From IMG/VR virus record IMGVR_UViG_3300025137_005088, positions 3,066 through 67,065 of that record: a DNA stretch of 64,000 bases. One strand, 5' to 3'. Positions 27,980-36,230 of the stretch are shown one piece after another. The notes under the pieces were generated by a model, which searched no databases, had not been told where the DNA came from, and saw nothing but the letters and a program-made list of their open reading frames with translations. This stretch comes from a virus. The stretch's first letter is position 1, and each line of letters begins with the position of its first letter. Both the position numbers and the translations under genes were made by a program.

Positions 27980-29331
27980 TATTCTACCAACTTTCTAATA
28001 TTTTCATACAACTCGTCATCGACAATACTAAAGTTGGTATTACGTTGCTTGTCCCATACCTGTGTCATCTTTACAAAGTCTTGTAACTGTTCTTTCCAGT
28101 TATCTAACTGCGGTTGTTCTAAATATCCTACAATACCATCTACGCTATTTTTTATCAACCAATTCTTCTCATATAATATATTACACTTTTCTTTGAATTC
28201 GAGCAATCTATTTTTTGCATTGACTCTCATTTCAACAGGTAAATTTCTCACATCTAAATACGGAGGATGTGTATTAATTAATATGTCAACGCCAATACTT
28301 TTCCATTCTAGTTCTGGTTTTCCTGCATAAAATTCTTCACCTAACTCGTGTGCAAGCCATAGTATTTCATGTATTCTGTTCACATTATAAATTTGTAACA
28401 CAGGACTTATATTGCTAGAAACGTTTGGTAAACTTAATATGCTTCTATAGTTTCTCAGTATAACGTCCCAACTCTTGGTGCCTCGTATGAATTCATTTAC
28501 AACACCTATGCCATCTAAACTAGCGTTGATGTCCACGCTTTCGAACTTACCAATACTATCTAAAAACTTTTGGTTTGCATTTGTACAGTTAGTATTCATA
28601 AAAACATTAATGTGCTTGCTGTGACCTTGTTCGGCGGCATAATTCAAAAACTGCATATTATTTTGAATCATAGTAGGCTCGCCTCCGGTCATGTAAACTT
28701 TTCTTAGTTTAGGCATCCAATCGTAAATATCTTTCCAAAAATCATCAGCATCGAACTTTTCTCTATATTCTTTACTATTGATCCAATCTGGACGTTTTCC
28801 ATATGTCTTTTCTTGTATACGAGTATAATCTTCTTCAACATCGGTGAGCTTTACATCTTCTTTAGCAATAGTACTACTGTTAAAACTGTTGCACATTCTA
28901 CAACTAAGATTACACAAATTACCTAAACGCAAGTCTAAATAAAGGGGGTCGTGTTCTGGTAACTCAAAGTCATTGTTATAGCTTGCTTCAATGCGTTCAT
29001 GAATAGCGTCTTCGCCTATACGGCGTTCCCACTCCTCATTGTGCATTTGTCTAAAACTTTTTTTACCTACTTCTTCTTGTAAGTAACAGTGTTTACAACT
29101 ACTAATTTCTTCACCTTGGATCATTGACATGCGTATATCTTTCATGTCTTTTCCGTTCCAGGCTTCTTTTAGTGTTGTACTATTGATGTCCAGTATTTTT
29201 CCATCTTCGCTACGTAGGACACTGGGTTTGGCAATACAACAGAAGTCAATGCTTCCGCTGGTATTGACCATCATGCTCAACCATGGGTAAACACAGAATG
29301 TCTCTCCATACAATTCATCCCAATCTGCCAT
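27979..29331 (-). CDS. N-terminal twitch-domain radical SAM protein
   Basis: FCVYPW...DFCC...SCKHCY, GNLCNLSCRMC, TGGEP, NTNCT. Confidence 0.92.
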   Translation of the reverse strand: MADWDELYGETFCVYPWLSMMVNTSGSIDFCCIAKPSVLRSEDGKILDINSTTLKEAWNGKDMKDIRMSMIQGEEISSCKHCYLQEEVGKKSFRQMHNEEWERRIGEDAIHERIEASYNNDFELPEHDPLYLDLRLGNLCNLSCRMCNSFNSSTIAKEDVKLTDVEEDYTRIQEKTYGKRPDWINSKEYREKFDADDFWKDIYDWMPKLRKVYMTGGEPTMIQNNMQFLNYAAEQGHSKHINVFMNTNCTNANQKFLDSIGKFESVDINASLDGIGVVNEFIRGTKSWDVILRNYRSILSLPNVSSNISPVLQIYNVNRIHEILWLAHELGEEFYAGKPELEWKSIGVDILINTHPPYLDVRNLPVEMRVNAKNRLLEFKEKCNILYEKNWLIKNSVDGIVGYLEQPQLDNWKEQLQDFVKMTQVWDKQRNTNFSIVDDELYENIRKLVE

Positions 29332-29333
29332 GC

Positions 29334-30311
29334 TTACCCAATACTGTCGTCGACTTGGTCTTCTCTAATCATAGCACCCAGTCTATGTGGGTTTTTATAA
29401 ACCGTCTTAAAAAATCTACTTCCTACGTGGTCCATGTCTGTAATTTCAAAATCCAAGTCACTCCTAAGTTTATCACCTAGTTCAATTGTTTTAGCTTTGA
29501 GTTTGTCCCAATTCCAACTTACACCAGTATTTACACACATTTCACCACCGCCTTCAAACTCAGGAAACAGTTCTTCGTTAAACATTTTAGTTAACCAATC
29601 AAAATCTCTAACATTGCGCCAATCCCATTTACGTCTTTCAATATTGGTCATATAGCATCCGAGTCTTGCACCATATATCGCCCATAGTCCATTAACAGCA
29701 TCTTCACCTACTGTCATCCATACTAGCAATCTTTTATAATTTTCGTAGTGTATTCTTTTAATGTCTGCAGGATCAACTACATCACCGCCTTCTAATCCCA
29801 TCTTAACGCCTTCTCGGAAACCGGCACGCCATGCTTGTAATGGTGATCCGTTATTAGCTACATCACAATATACATTGTTCATCTGTATATAACGTATGTT
29901 CCAACAAAAGTCAACCTGTGCGGCTTTATCACTTTCAGGAGCCGCTTCGTGTGTACGCATTCTATTAACTACATCAACGGGCCAACACTTGATGCCGCCA
30001 TTGCCATATACCAATCCGTTTACTGCATTTTTTCCTGCCCAGCTAATCACATCAGTTGGAGTAATTCTATTCATATCTAGTACAGCATTAAAAAAATCTT
30101 CTCTTACAATATTATCTGCATCGACTGTAACAAATCGTTCAGTTTCAGCTAGTGCCGCCGCGGCTTTGTGTGCGGCATCGCTACCCCATACTCCGTGACT
30201 GCGTTTTGCCCACGGACATTTATCTTGTAGGTCTGCCCAATTTTGTTCTGCGTTAGGCTCGTCATAGCTGATATATATTATATCAAATTCTGTAACTGGC
30301 GTTAGTGTCAT
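29334..30311 (-). CDS. GT-A fold glycosyltransferase-like protein
   Basis: ISYDEP, AAHKAAA, FVTVDADN, YGNGGIK, AWRAGFRE; paralogue of 6441..7145. Confidence 0.7.
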   Translation of the reverse strand: MTLTPVTEFDIIYISYDEPNAEQNWADLQDKCPWAKRSHGVWGSDAAHKAAAALAETERFVTVDADNIVREDFFNAVLDMNRITPTDVISWAGKNAVNGLVYGNGGIKCWPVDVVNRMRTHEAAPESDKAAQVDFCWNIRYIQMNNVYCDVANNGSPLQAWRAGFREGVKMGLEGGDVVDPADIKRIHYENYKRLLVWMTVGEDAVNGLWAIYGARLGCYMTNIERRKWDWRNVRDFDWLTKMFNEELFPEFEGGGEMCVNTGVSWNWDKLKAKTIELGDKLRSDLDFEITDMDHVGSRFFKTVYKNPHRLGAMIREDQVDDSIG

Positions 30312-30314
30312 TGT

Positions 30315-31322
30315 TTACTCCGATTGGTTAATGTAGTCAAATGTTAGATCGACATTGGTTTCTCTACATAAAATTCCACATTTAGTTAAGTCTAAATTTG
30401 GTGTAGATATTTCTAAAGTTCTATCCCATCCGATACTTTTCAATGGTAGAACAATATGTTCTAGTAACTGACTTGGATTCACTGGATCTGTTATATATAA
30501 TCCTATATCAGTATATATTTTACTGTCTTGTGGGTTTTGAAAATTACTTCTGAATTGAGTGACCTCACCTTTTTTAATTATTGTAAAGTCTGTCGCAACG
30601 TCTCCAAAAACTTTAGTAGGTTTAGCAAATGATCTTCTTCTGCTATATCTGGTTCTATAATCTATTCCTGTAAAGTTTGCTTTTCTCTGTAGTCTATAAC
30701 TAGAAAATATTTTCTTAGTCATAATACTCATTTCACCTAGTCCGCATATTCTTCTCAGTGGAGCCATATCAAAAATCATATAGCCTTCTTCAATTAATTC
30801 ACCAGGATCAATTTCTATTGTTTTAACTAGATAGTTAGGATCGTTCTCTCTAATAAGAAAAAGTGTTATAGGGTCGTACTTTCCATCTTTTTCTGGATTC
30901 AAACTGATGTTTCTAAAAAAACGTTTACCTGTCATTCTATATAGTGTGTCTTGATTAAAGTTTACTTCCATTTTCCAACTATTAATGTATAGTATAATAT
31001 TAATATCAGCTTTAACTTTTTGATTAACTGGTACCATACTCAGTCGTCTTTCAGCTTCTTTAATTCTCAAAACTGCTGATTTTTCAACTAATCTAAGTTC
31101 GTGGTCAACATCAACTACAGCAAATTTTTTAGGATCAACATGACCCATAAGTATTTGTCTAGCATCGTCACTGTCTGTTACAATAAAAGGACTTTTTATT
31201 TGATCCTTTTCTCTATTTGTAACCGTGACAATATCACCTGCTTCGTCATCATAATAAACACACCACTTGGGTGCAGATTTATCGCTCTTGTAATCTCTGA
31301 GTAAGGTTTGTTCTGAAGACAT
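30315..31322 (-). CDS. hypothetical protein
   Basis: 335-aa ORF coupled to its neighbours; two weakly similar segments (LFLIRENDPNYL and LYITDPVNPSQL). Confidence 0.75.
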   Translation of the reverse strand: MSSEQTLLRDYKSDKSAPKWCVYYDDEAGDIVTVTNREKDQIKSPFIVTDSDDARQILMGHVDPKKFAVVDVDHELRLVEKSAVLRIKEAERRLSMVPVNQKVKADINIILYINSWKMEVNFNQDTLYRMTGKRFFRNISLNPEKDGKYDPITLFLIRENDPNYLVKTIEIDPGELIEEGYMIFDMAPLRRICGLGEMSIMTKKIFSSYRLQRKANFTGIDYRTRYSRRRSFAKPTKVFGDVATDFTIIKKGEVTQFRSNFQNPQDSKIYTDIGLYITDPVNPSQLLEHIVLPLKSIGWDRTLEISTPNLDLTKCGILCRETNVDLTFDYINQSE

Positions 31323-32193
31323 CTACTATTTCATCTGTTAAAAACGTTTCATCACTATAATGAATAATTCCACTGCCGATAACGCTATTTTCTATTTGTA
31401 TTTTCTTGTTATTGGTTACCCAATAATTTAACATATCAGTCCAGTTACCAGGAGCTTCGTCTGGATTGTTAAACACACCATGTGACAGTGTATGCAAATC
31501 GTAATGATTATTAAGTTTTACACCAATATCGTCTGTATGATCAACAAAGTGTGTAATTACATTACCCAAAACATTTTTTTGAAAATACTCTGGCTTTTTA
31601 TTTGGAAACACATGATTGTATACGTCTCTCCAGTTTTGTAATACAGGGTCAGCCATTTTAAACCATTCTGCAACTGTTTTATCCTTTTTATCAAAATACA
31701 TTAAGTTATAAAAATATCTAGGTAATTTGTATTGTGTTTCGTATTCAAATCGCCAAGTTTTGGGAACAGGAAAGTTTCTATAAGCAAGTGCATCAATGGG
31801 AACACTTATACCGTTCCTAGATGACATCACCGACCAAAGATCATTTACATCAACGTTTATGAATAGTGTATCATAATCAACATATATTGTTTCTTCATAA
31901 GGTGTTGCGTGATAAACTTGCCATAAGTTCATTCCGTGGAACCCATCTTTGTGGGCACTGTTTCCGTATGGTAATTCTATCATATAGTCAAATACATGTT
32001 CATAAAAACTTTGTACATTGCCTAGTTGACCTTTATCTACAATCAGTGTAATACTTGCATCTGGATCACATACTTTTATGCTACATGCAAGTGCATAACA
32101 ATATCGAATATTGTCTTCACCTGTATTAATACCTAATGTTACAAAACCTCGTTTAGGTGCATCATTATTTTCAATTTCAATTTCTTCAGACAC
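31279..32193 (-). CDS. GT-A fold (GT8-like) glycosyltransferase
   Basis: YALACSIK, FDYMI, TPYEETIYVDYD (DxD), IIHY. Confidence 0.7.
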   Translation of the reverse strand: MSEEIEIENNDAPKRGFVTLGINTGEDNIRYCYALACSIKVCDPDASITLIVDKGQLGNVQSFYEHVFDYMIELPYGNSAHKDGFHGMNLWQVYHATPYEETIYVDYDTLFINVDVNDLWSVMSSRNGISVPIDALAYRNFPVPKTWRFEYETQYKLPRYFYNLMYFDKKDKTVAEWFKMADPVLQNWRDVYNHVFPNKKPEYFQKNVLGNVITHFVDHTDDIGVKLNNHYDLHTLSHGVFNNPDEAPGNWTDMLNYWVTNNKKIQIENSVIGSGIIHYSDETFLTDEIVDVFRTNLTQRLQER

Positions 32194-33097
32194 TGGCTTT
32201 TTCTTTCGCTAAATCTAATAGAGTTTGGTAGTGCCTATCTAATGCACGTTTATTCATAATATGTAAGTTTTGATCTGTATGTCTGCACAGTATATTTTTC
32301 CATTGCTCTGTTCTATTGTGCTTTAAAAATACAACATCATTTAATCCATTTACTTGTGCAATGTCATCTTTTTGATCCATGTTTAACAACGGCTGGGCCA
32401 TAAAATCATGTACAAAGTCATCGTTATTCATACCATTCATTAGGTGTGTTGCAATGCTAACACAAAAGTCGGTTCTAAATAACATTTTTGGAAATTGGTA
32501 TAGCAAGCTATAATATTCCCAATTATCCTTTACATGACTCCATATATCAAAGAACAATTTGCTTTCTTCACTTTGGTCAAAATAAACTATAGTACTCCAC
32601 CAATGGTGTATACCTGCTTCATTCAAAGTTATTTCGTTTGTATATGGCATATCTCCACCTATATACTGTGCGTATCTATGCATTGCAATAGGCATATCAG
32701 TTTCAAAAATATAATTGTAAAAGTCGTTCATCAACAAATAGTCTGTGTCGAGTAACAGTGTACGCTCATAGGGTGTATGATCGAAAACTGTGTGTTTGTT
32801 ACTATTCCAAAAGGGTGCATTAAATTCGCTCCAAGGACTGTCTTGGTGCCTTCTTATATTAGTTCTTTTTTCAGTTACACTGCCGTCAATGATAATATTA
32901 TCAAATGAATCCTCAATGAGATTTTTGTCGTGACTGGTATTCATCCATTCTAACGTACCATCATCAGTAATAAGTGTAACAGGCATATTTAATTGTTTTT
33001 TTGCATACTGTGATGCTAGTATTGCAAACTTAGCATAATCTAATTCTTCATTGTTATAGCAAAATAAACAAATGCCATTTCCTTGTTTTTGTGACAT
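32186..33097 (-). CDS. GT-A fold (GT8-like) glycosyltransferase
   Basis: FDNII, TPYERTLLLDTD (DxD), FRTDF, LHIMNK; paralogue of 31279..32193. Confidence 0.72.
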   Translation of the reverse strand: MSQKQGNGICLFCYNNEELDYAKFAILASQYAKKQLNMPVTLITDDGTLEWMNTSHDKNLIEDSFDNIIIDGSVTEKRTNIRRHQDSPWSEFNAPFWNSNKHTVFDHTPYERTLLLDTDYLLMNDFYNYIFETDMPIAMHRYAQYIGGDMPYTNEITLNEAGIHHWWSTIVYFDQSEESKLFFDIWSHVKDNWEYYSLLYQFPKMLFRTDFCVSIATHLMNGMNNDDFVHDFMAQPLLNMDQKDDIAQVNGLNDVVFLKHNRTEQWKNILCRHTDQNLHIMNKRALDRHYQTLLDLAKEKASV

Positions 33098-33100
33098 TCA

Positions 33101-33448
33101 CTACCAATCCATCAGACTTTTAATATTTCGAGCTTTCTTAATTTTTTCTGCTTGTACTTTGTATTCATTACTTGCCTCTGAATAAGCACTTACCATTGTT
33201 TCTAAAAATTCACTCAGATTATCTATTAATATCGGATTCTCTTTAGTGTCTATTAGAATAGCTTCTTTCCTGTCCATGTCAAGTAAAGTTTTTACGAAGC
33301 TAATGGTAACTGCATCAGCAAAAAATACGCCCTTGGCATAATGTACAGTTTGTAAAACTTGAGTTCGTTGTTTTAGAGTGCGTTTCTGATTACCTAGTGT
33401 AATTCGATAATTTGCAAACTCTAGAGCTTTCTCGAGTCTCTCATCCAT
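33101..33448 (-). CDS. hypothetical phage protein (115 aa)
   Basis: AAGGAG RBS; helical ORF MDERLEKALEFANY. Confidence 0.8.
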   Translation of the reverse strand: MDERLEKALEFANYRITLGNQKRTLKQRTQVLQTVHYAKGVFFADAVTISFVKTLLDMDRKEAILIDTKENPILIDNLSEFLETMVSAYSEASNEYKVQAEKIKKARNIKSLMDW

Positions 33449-33473
33449 AGAGTTTCTCCTTTAGTTATATACT

Positions 33474-33503
33474 ACTATAACTTATTTATGTAAGGTTTGT
33501 CAA
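33474..33503 (-). promoter_or_regulatory. nested sigma70-like and late-like promoter
   Basis: TTGACA (33503-33498)-N18-TATAGT, with CATAAATA (33490-33483) inside the spacer. Confidence 0.6.
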
Positions 33504-33511
33504 CTGTTTTT

Positions 33512-34675
33512 TTAATAATCATCTACACTTGTAAAGTCGTTAACAATAGCAAATGTCGGAGCAGGTGTTACATCAAAGCTAGTTGTACCAATAGTGAGTG
33601 TATCTGGCATCAAGTAGCTTACTGTAGGAGTAATTGTTCCGTCGACGAAGTTGTTATGTGTAGTATCGTCTAACACCATCTTAAATTGAACACCAGCTCC
33701 GTTATCAATATACTTGCCGTAGATTCTAAATTTTAACTGTTGATAGGTGCTATAAGCACTGTATGCACTAACATATATTGAGTAACTGTATGATCCGCCA
33801 ATAATTGCAGGATCTGCAAAGCCAGGATAGTTTCCAGGTCCAGAAATATATCCGTAGCCATATCCGTAAGATCCATATCCATATCCGTAAGATCCAACTT
33901 TTCTACCTATTGTAACACCACTAGATGTAAACAATAACCCTTCGTTAGTGTTTGTATCTGATCCATCACCGTAATTTGCAGTGAGATCATAAAAGCCTTT
34001 GCCTTCACTGGTTCCACTTGTTGTTGCGGCGCTTTGTGTCATTGTGTCCCAATTCATAGTAAGAACACCCATTTCGTTAATAACATCACTCCAGTTGTAA
34101 TATCCAGCAGTTGATCCGCCTGTCATGTTTAGTGATACTCTTAATTGTCCGCCGCCATTAAAAAAGTATCTAGCAGAATTATAGTCTGCCCAATTAAATT
34201 TATGTTCACCATTGAGCTGGTTATTCCAAGTTGTTGTTCTTGCATATCCTGTAGAAGTAGCGTTAAAAGCACTTGCATTGGTCGCATCTATTGTTAAATG
34301 TTTGTTGTTTAGTAGGATAGGGCTAAACTTTGTTCTAACTAAGTTTATATCTTCTGCTCTAATAGCTGTGCCCGCGGCTATAGTTGTTCTATTAGTCGGT
34401 ATTGCAAAAACTAAAACATTGTCTGTTAGGTCTGTGTGATTAATACTAATATTTGTTCTAGATACTAGTTCTTGTAATCTTTCTGCTGTAATAAGAGTGC
34501 CGTCAGCTAGTGCATCAGATAAATTAACTGCACCCCAGCCAAATTTATGTGTTGATATTCTATTAGAATCAGTTACAGCCGCAGTTGGATATTTGTCTCC
34601 AAAAACTTTATTAACATCAACAGCAACAAGATTATATTCTTCGTTTGTTGCTAGATCTCCAACAGTACCTACCAT
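33512..34675 (-). CDS. virion structural protein (tail/baseplate-associated) with Gly-Tyr-rich segment
   Basis: Thr/Ser/Gly-rich; ARYFFNGGG; last gene of the structural block. Confidence 0.65.
   Translation of the reverse strand: MVGTVGDLATNEEYNLVAVDVNKVFGDKYPTAAVTDSNRISTHKFGWGAVNLSDALADGTLITAERLQELVSRTNISINHTDLTDNVLVFAIPTNRTTIAAGTAIRAEDINLVRTKFSPILLNNKHLTIDATNASAFNATSTGYARTTTWNNQLNGEHKFNWADYNSARYFFNGGGQLRVSLNMTGGSTAGYYNWSDVINEMGVLTMNWDTMTQSAATTSGTSEGKGFYDLTANYGDGSDTNTNEGLLFTSSGVTIGRKVGSYGYGYGSYGYGYGYISGPGNYPGFADPAIIGGSYSYSIYVSAYSAYSTYQQLKFRIYGKYIDNGAGVQFKMVLDDTTHNNFVDGTITPTVSYLMPDTLTIGTTSFDVTPAPTFAIVNDFTSVDDY
33848..33895 (-). repeat. imperfect tandem repeat encoding GSYGYGYGSYGYGYGY
   Basis: Plus strand ccatatccgtaagatcc occurs twice, among repeated atatcc hexamers. 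Confidence 0.85.
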
Positions 34676-34676
34676 C

Positions 34677-35588
34677 TTACTTTGATCCCACTACTACTTC
34701 TATTGTACCTACTTCATCAGTAGTTTTTTCTTCTAATGATCTACCTATAACTTCTTTCCAACTATAGTCATCTGGTGCTACTATTCCAACTCCGTCTGTT
34801 CCGCTTGACACAACCCTGTCGCCTTTGCCTATTTTTCCAATAATTTTACACGGAACTCTACCTGATAGTGCAACAAATGGATGTGTAGCATCTGTACCTG
34901 CGGCGGCATTCATTTCAAAGCCCGGTGCTGTACTAATAATTCCAAAGGCTTTAATGTCACTGGCTGTAGTTGTTTGTGTAATTTCTTTTGCACCACCAAT
35001 TTTTACTATTGTACCTGCGGTATATTCTGCATCAGCTTCATAACGCTCTGCAAGGTCAGCATATTCTGCACTTGTAGCAATACCTCTAAATTTATAATGT
35101 GTTGTATTGTTCATTGTTACACCAGATTGTATACTAGGAAACTGTGTACTAAGTGCAGTAGTACCGTCTTCTAATTTTTCATCATTGTGTGGTGTCCAAG
35201 CTACAGTATCATCTGTGGTAATTGTTACAATATTTGAATCAACAATCATTTCTATTGTTTTATGGAAATTCCCCCCAGTGTCTTTTCTGTTTCGGAATTC
35301 AATTTTAGTTGTACCTGAACCACTTAACAATATACTCCAAATACCATTGTCGTAAACTTTTAATTGACTGCTAGATGTATCATACCAAAGTTGTCCTTCA
35401 GTTGGATTACTAGGAGCTGTTGCATTTGCAAAATTTTCTAACAAGTGTAACATGTTTTCGTTTAATGTTTCACCGAAGCGTGTAAAGTTTTTACCAATCA
35501 ATCCAATACTAGTACTGGTGTCAACTGTTCCGTCGTTTACAACTATTGCTGTTTTATTATTTTGACTATAATCTATTGTATATGGCAT
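34677..35588 (-). CDS. tail fibre-like protein with C-terminal autoproteolytic chaperone-like (peptidase G2-type) domain
   Basis: LLENFA, PTEGQLWYD..QLKVY; YADLAERY, VALSGRVPCK, GDRVVSS. Confidence 0.65.
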   Translation of the reverse strand: MPYTIDYSQNNKTAIVVNDGTVDTSTSIGLIGKNFTRFGETLNENMLHLLENFANATAPSNPTEGQLWYDTSSSQLKVYDNGIWSILLSGSGTTKIEFRNRKDTGGNFHKTIEMIVDSNIVTITTDDTVAWTPHNDEKLEDGTTALSTQFPSIQSGVTMNNTTHYKFRGIATSAEYADLAERYEADAEYTAGTIVKIGGAKEITQTTTASDIKAFGIISTAPGFEMNAAAGTDATHPFVALSGRVPCKIIGKIGKGDRVVSSGTDGVGIVAPDDYSWKEVIGRSLEEKTTDEVGTIEVVVGSK

Positions 35589-35600
35589 ATCTTATTCCTA

Positions 35601-36203
35601 TTACAAGTCTGCAAAACTTGATCTGATTCTTAATGTATAAATTACCTGTATTTTTCTATTTGCACTTTTCTGTACAGGATGAAAGACTACATGTGTTAAC
35701 AAATCGTTGTTACCACTATAAATTCCAAGCTCGTCGAAAACATATGTATCGTTCATACTTGTAGCTGTATCTGTTGTGTCTTGCCCAGTTACAGTACCGT
35801 AATCTAATGTACATGTTGTTACTACATCAGTGAAAGTGTTAGGTGCAGTATGAGCTATTTCTGTGCCATTTGTAGCACTTCCGCTTACCGACTCATCAAC
35901 TGCTTGACTAAATGTTTGGTTGTATAAAACACCACTAGCACTATTAGTGTTAGTTGCTTTATACGTTACTGTTCCTAATCCGTCAATAGTTGTACCACCG
36001 TTACCAAATCGCATTGTGGCGATATGATGATTACCTGTGTTACCTGCTTCATTTGCTAGTAGACTAGCTAGTGCAACACTCATATTTTCATAGTTGATTG
36101 CATTTCTTCTGCGTACCAATACTTCACCAGATTTGGGATCCCATATTTTAATATGTCCCTCAATTCCTATTAATGATGTATCGTTTAAATTATCTAGACT
36201 CAT
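35601..36203 (-). CDS. baseplate/tail structural protein
   Basis: GHIKIWD, RNAI, FGNGG, FDELGIY, THVVFHPVQKS; start moved to ATG 36203, downstream of the late promoter. Confidence 0.65.
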   Translation of the reverse strand: MSLDNLNDTSLIGIEGHIKIWDPKSGEVLVRRRNAINYENMSVALASLLANEAGNTGNHHIATMRFGNGGTTIDGLGTVTYKATNTNSASGVLYNQTFSQAVDESVSGSATNGTEIAHTAPNTFTDVVTTCTLDYGTVTGQDTTDTATSMNDTYVFDELGIYSGNNDLLTHVVFHPVQKSANRKIQVIYTLRIRSSFADL

Positions 36204-36222
36204 TGCTCTTTCCATTATAATG

Positions 36223-36230
36223 TATTTATA
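36223..36230 (-). promoter_or_regulatory. T4-type late promoter
   Basis: Exact TATAAATA overlapping the stop codon of the 3804-aa gene. Confidence 0.7.

Noticed and set aside
1-29331. 7-deazaguanine (QueE) or other known DNA-hypermodification pathway
   Set aside because: No QueC/QueD/FolE/DpdA or thymidylate-synthase-like gene is visible, and the radical SAM architectures differ from QueE. It cannot be excluded for the rest of the genome.
1-33097. Bacterial chromosomal LPS/capsule island
   Set aside because: It is contiguous and co-oriented with phage tail genes, shares phage promoter motifs, and has no flippase, polymerase or exporter genes.
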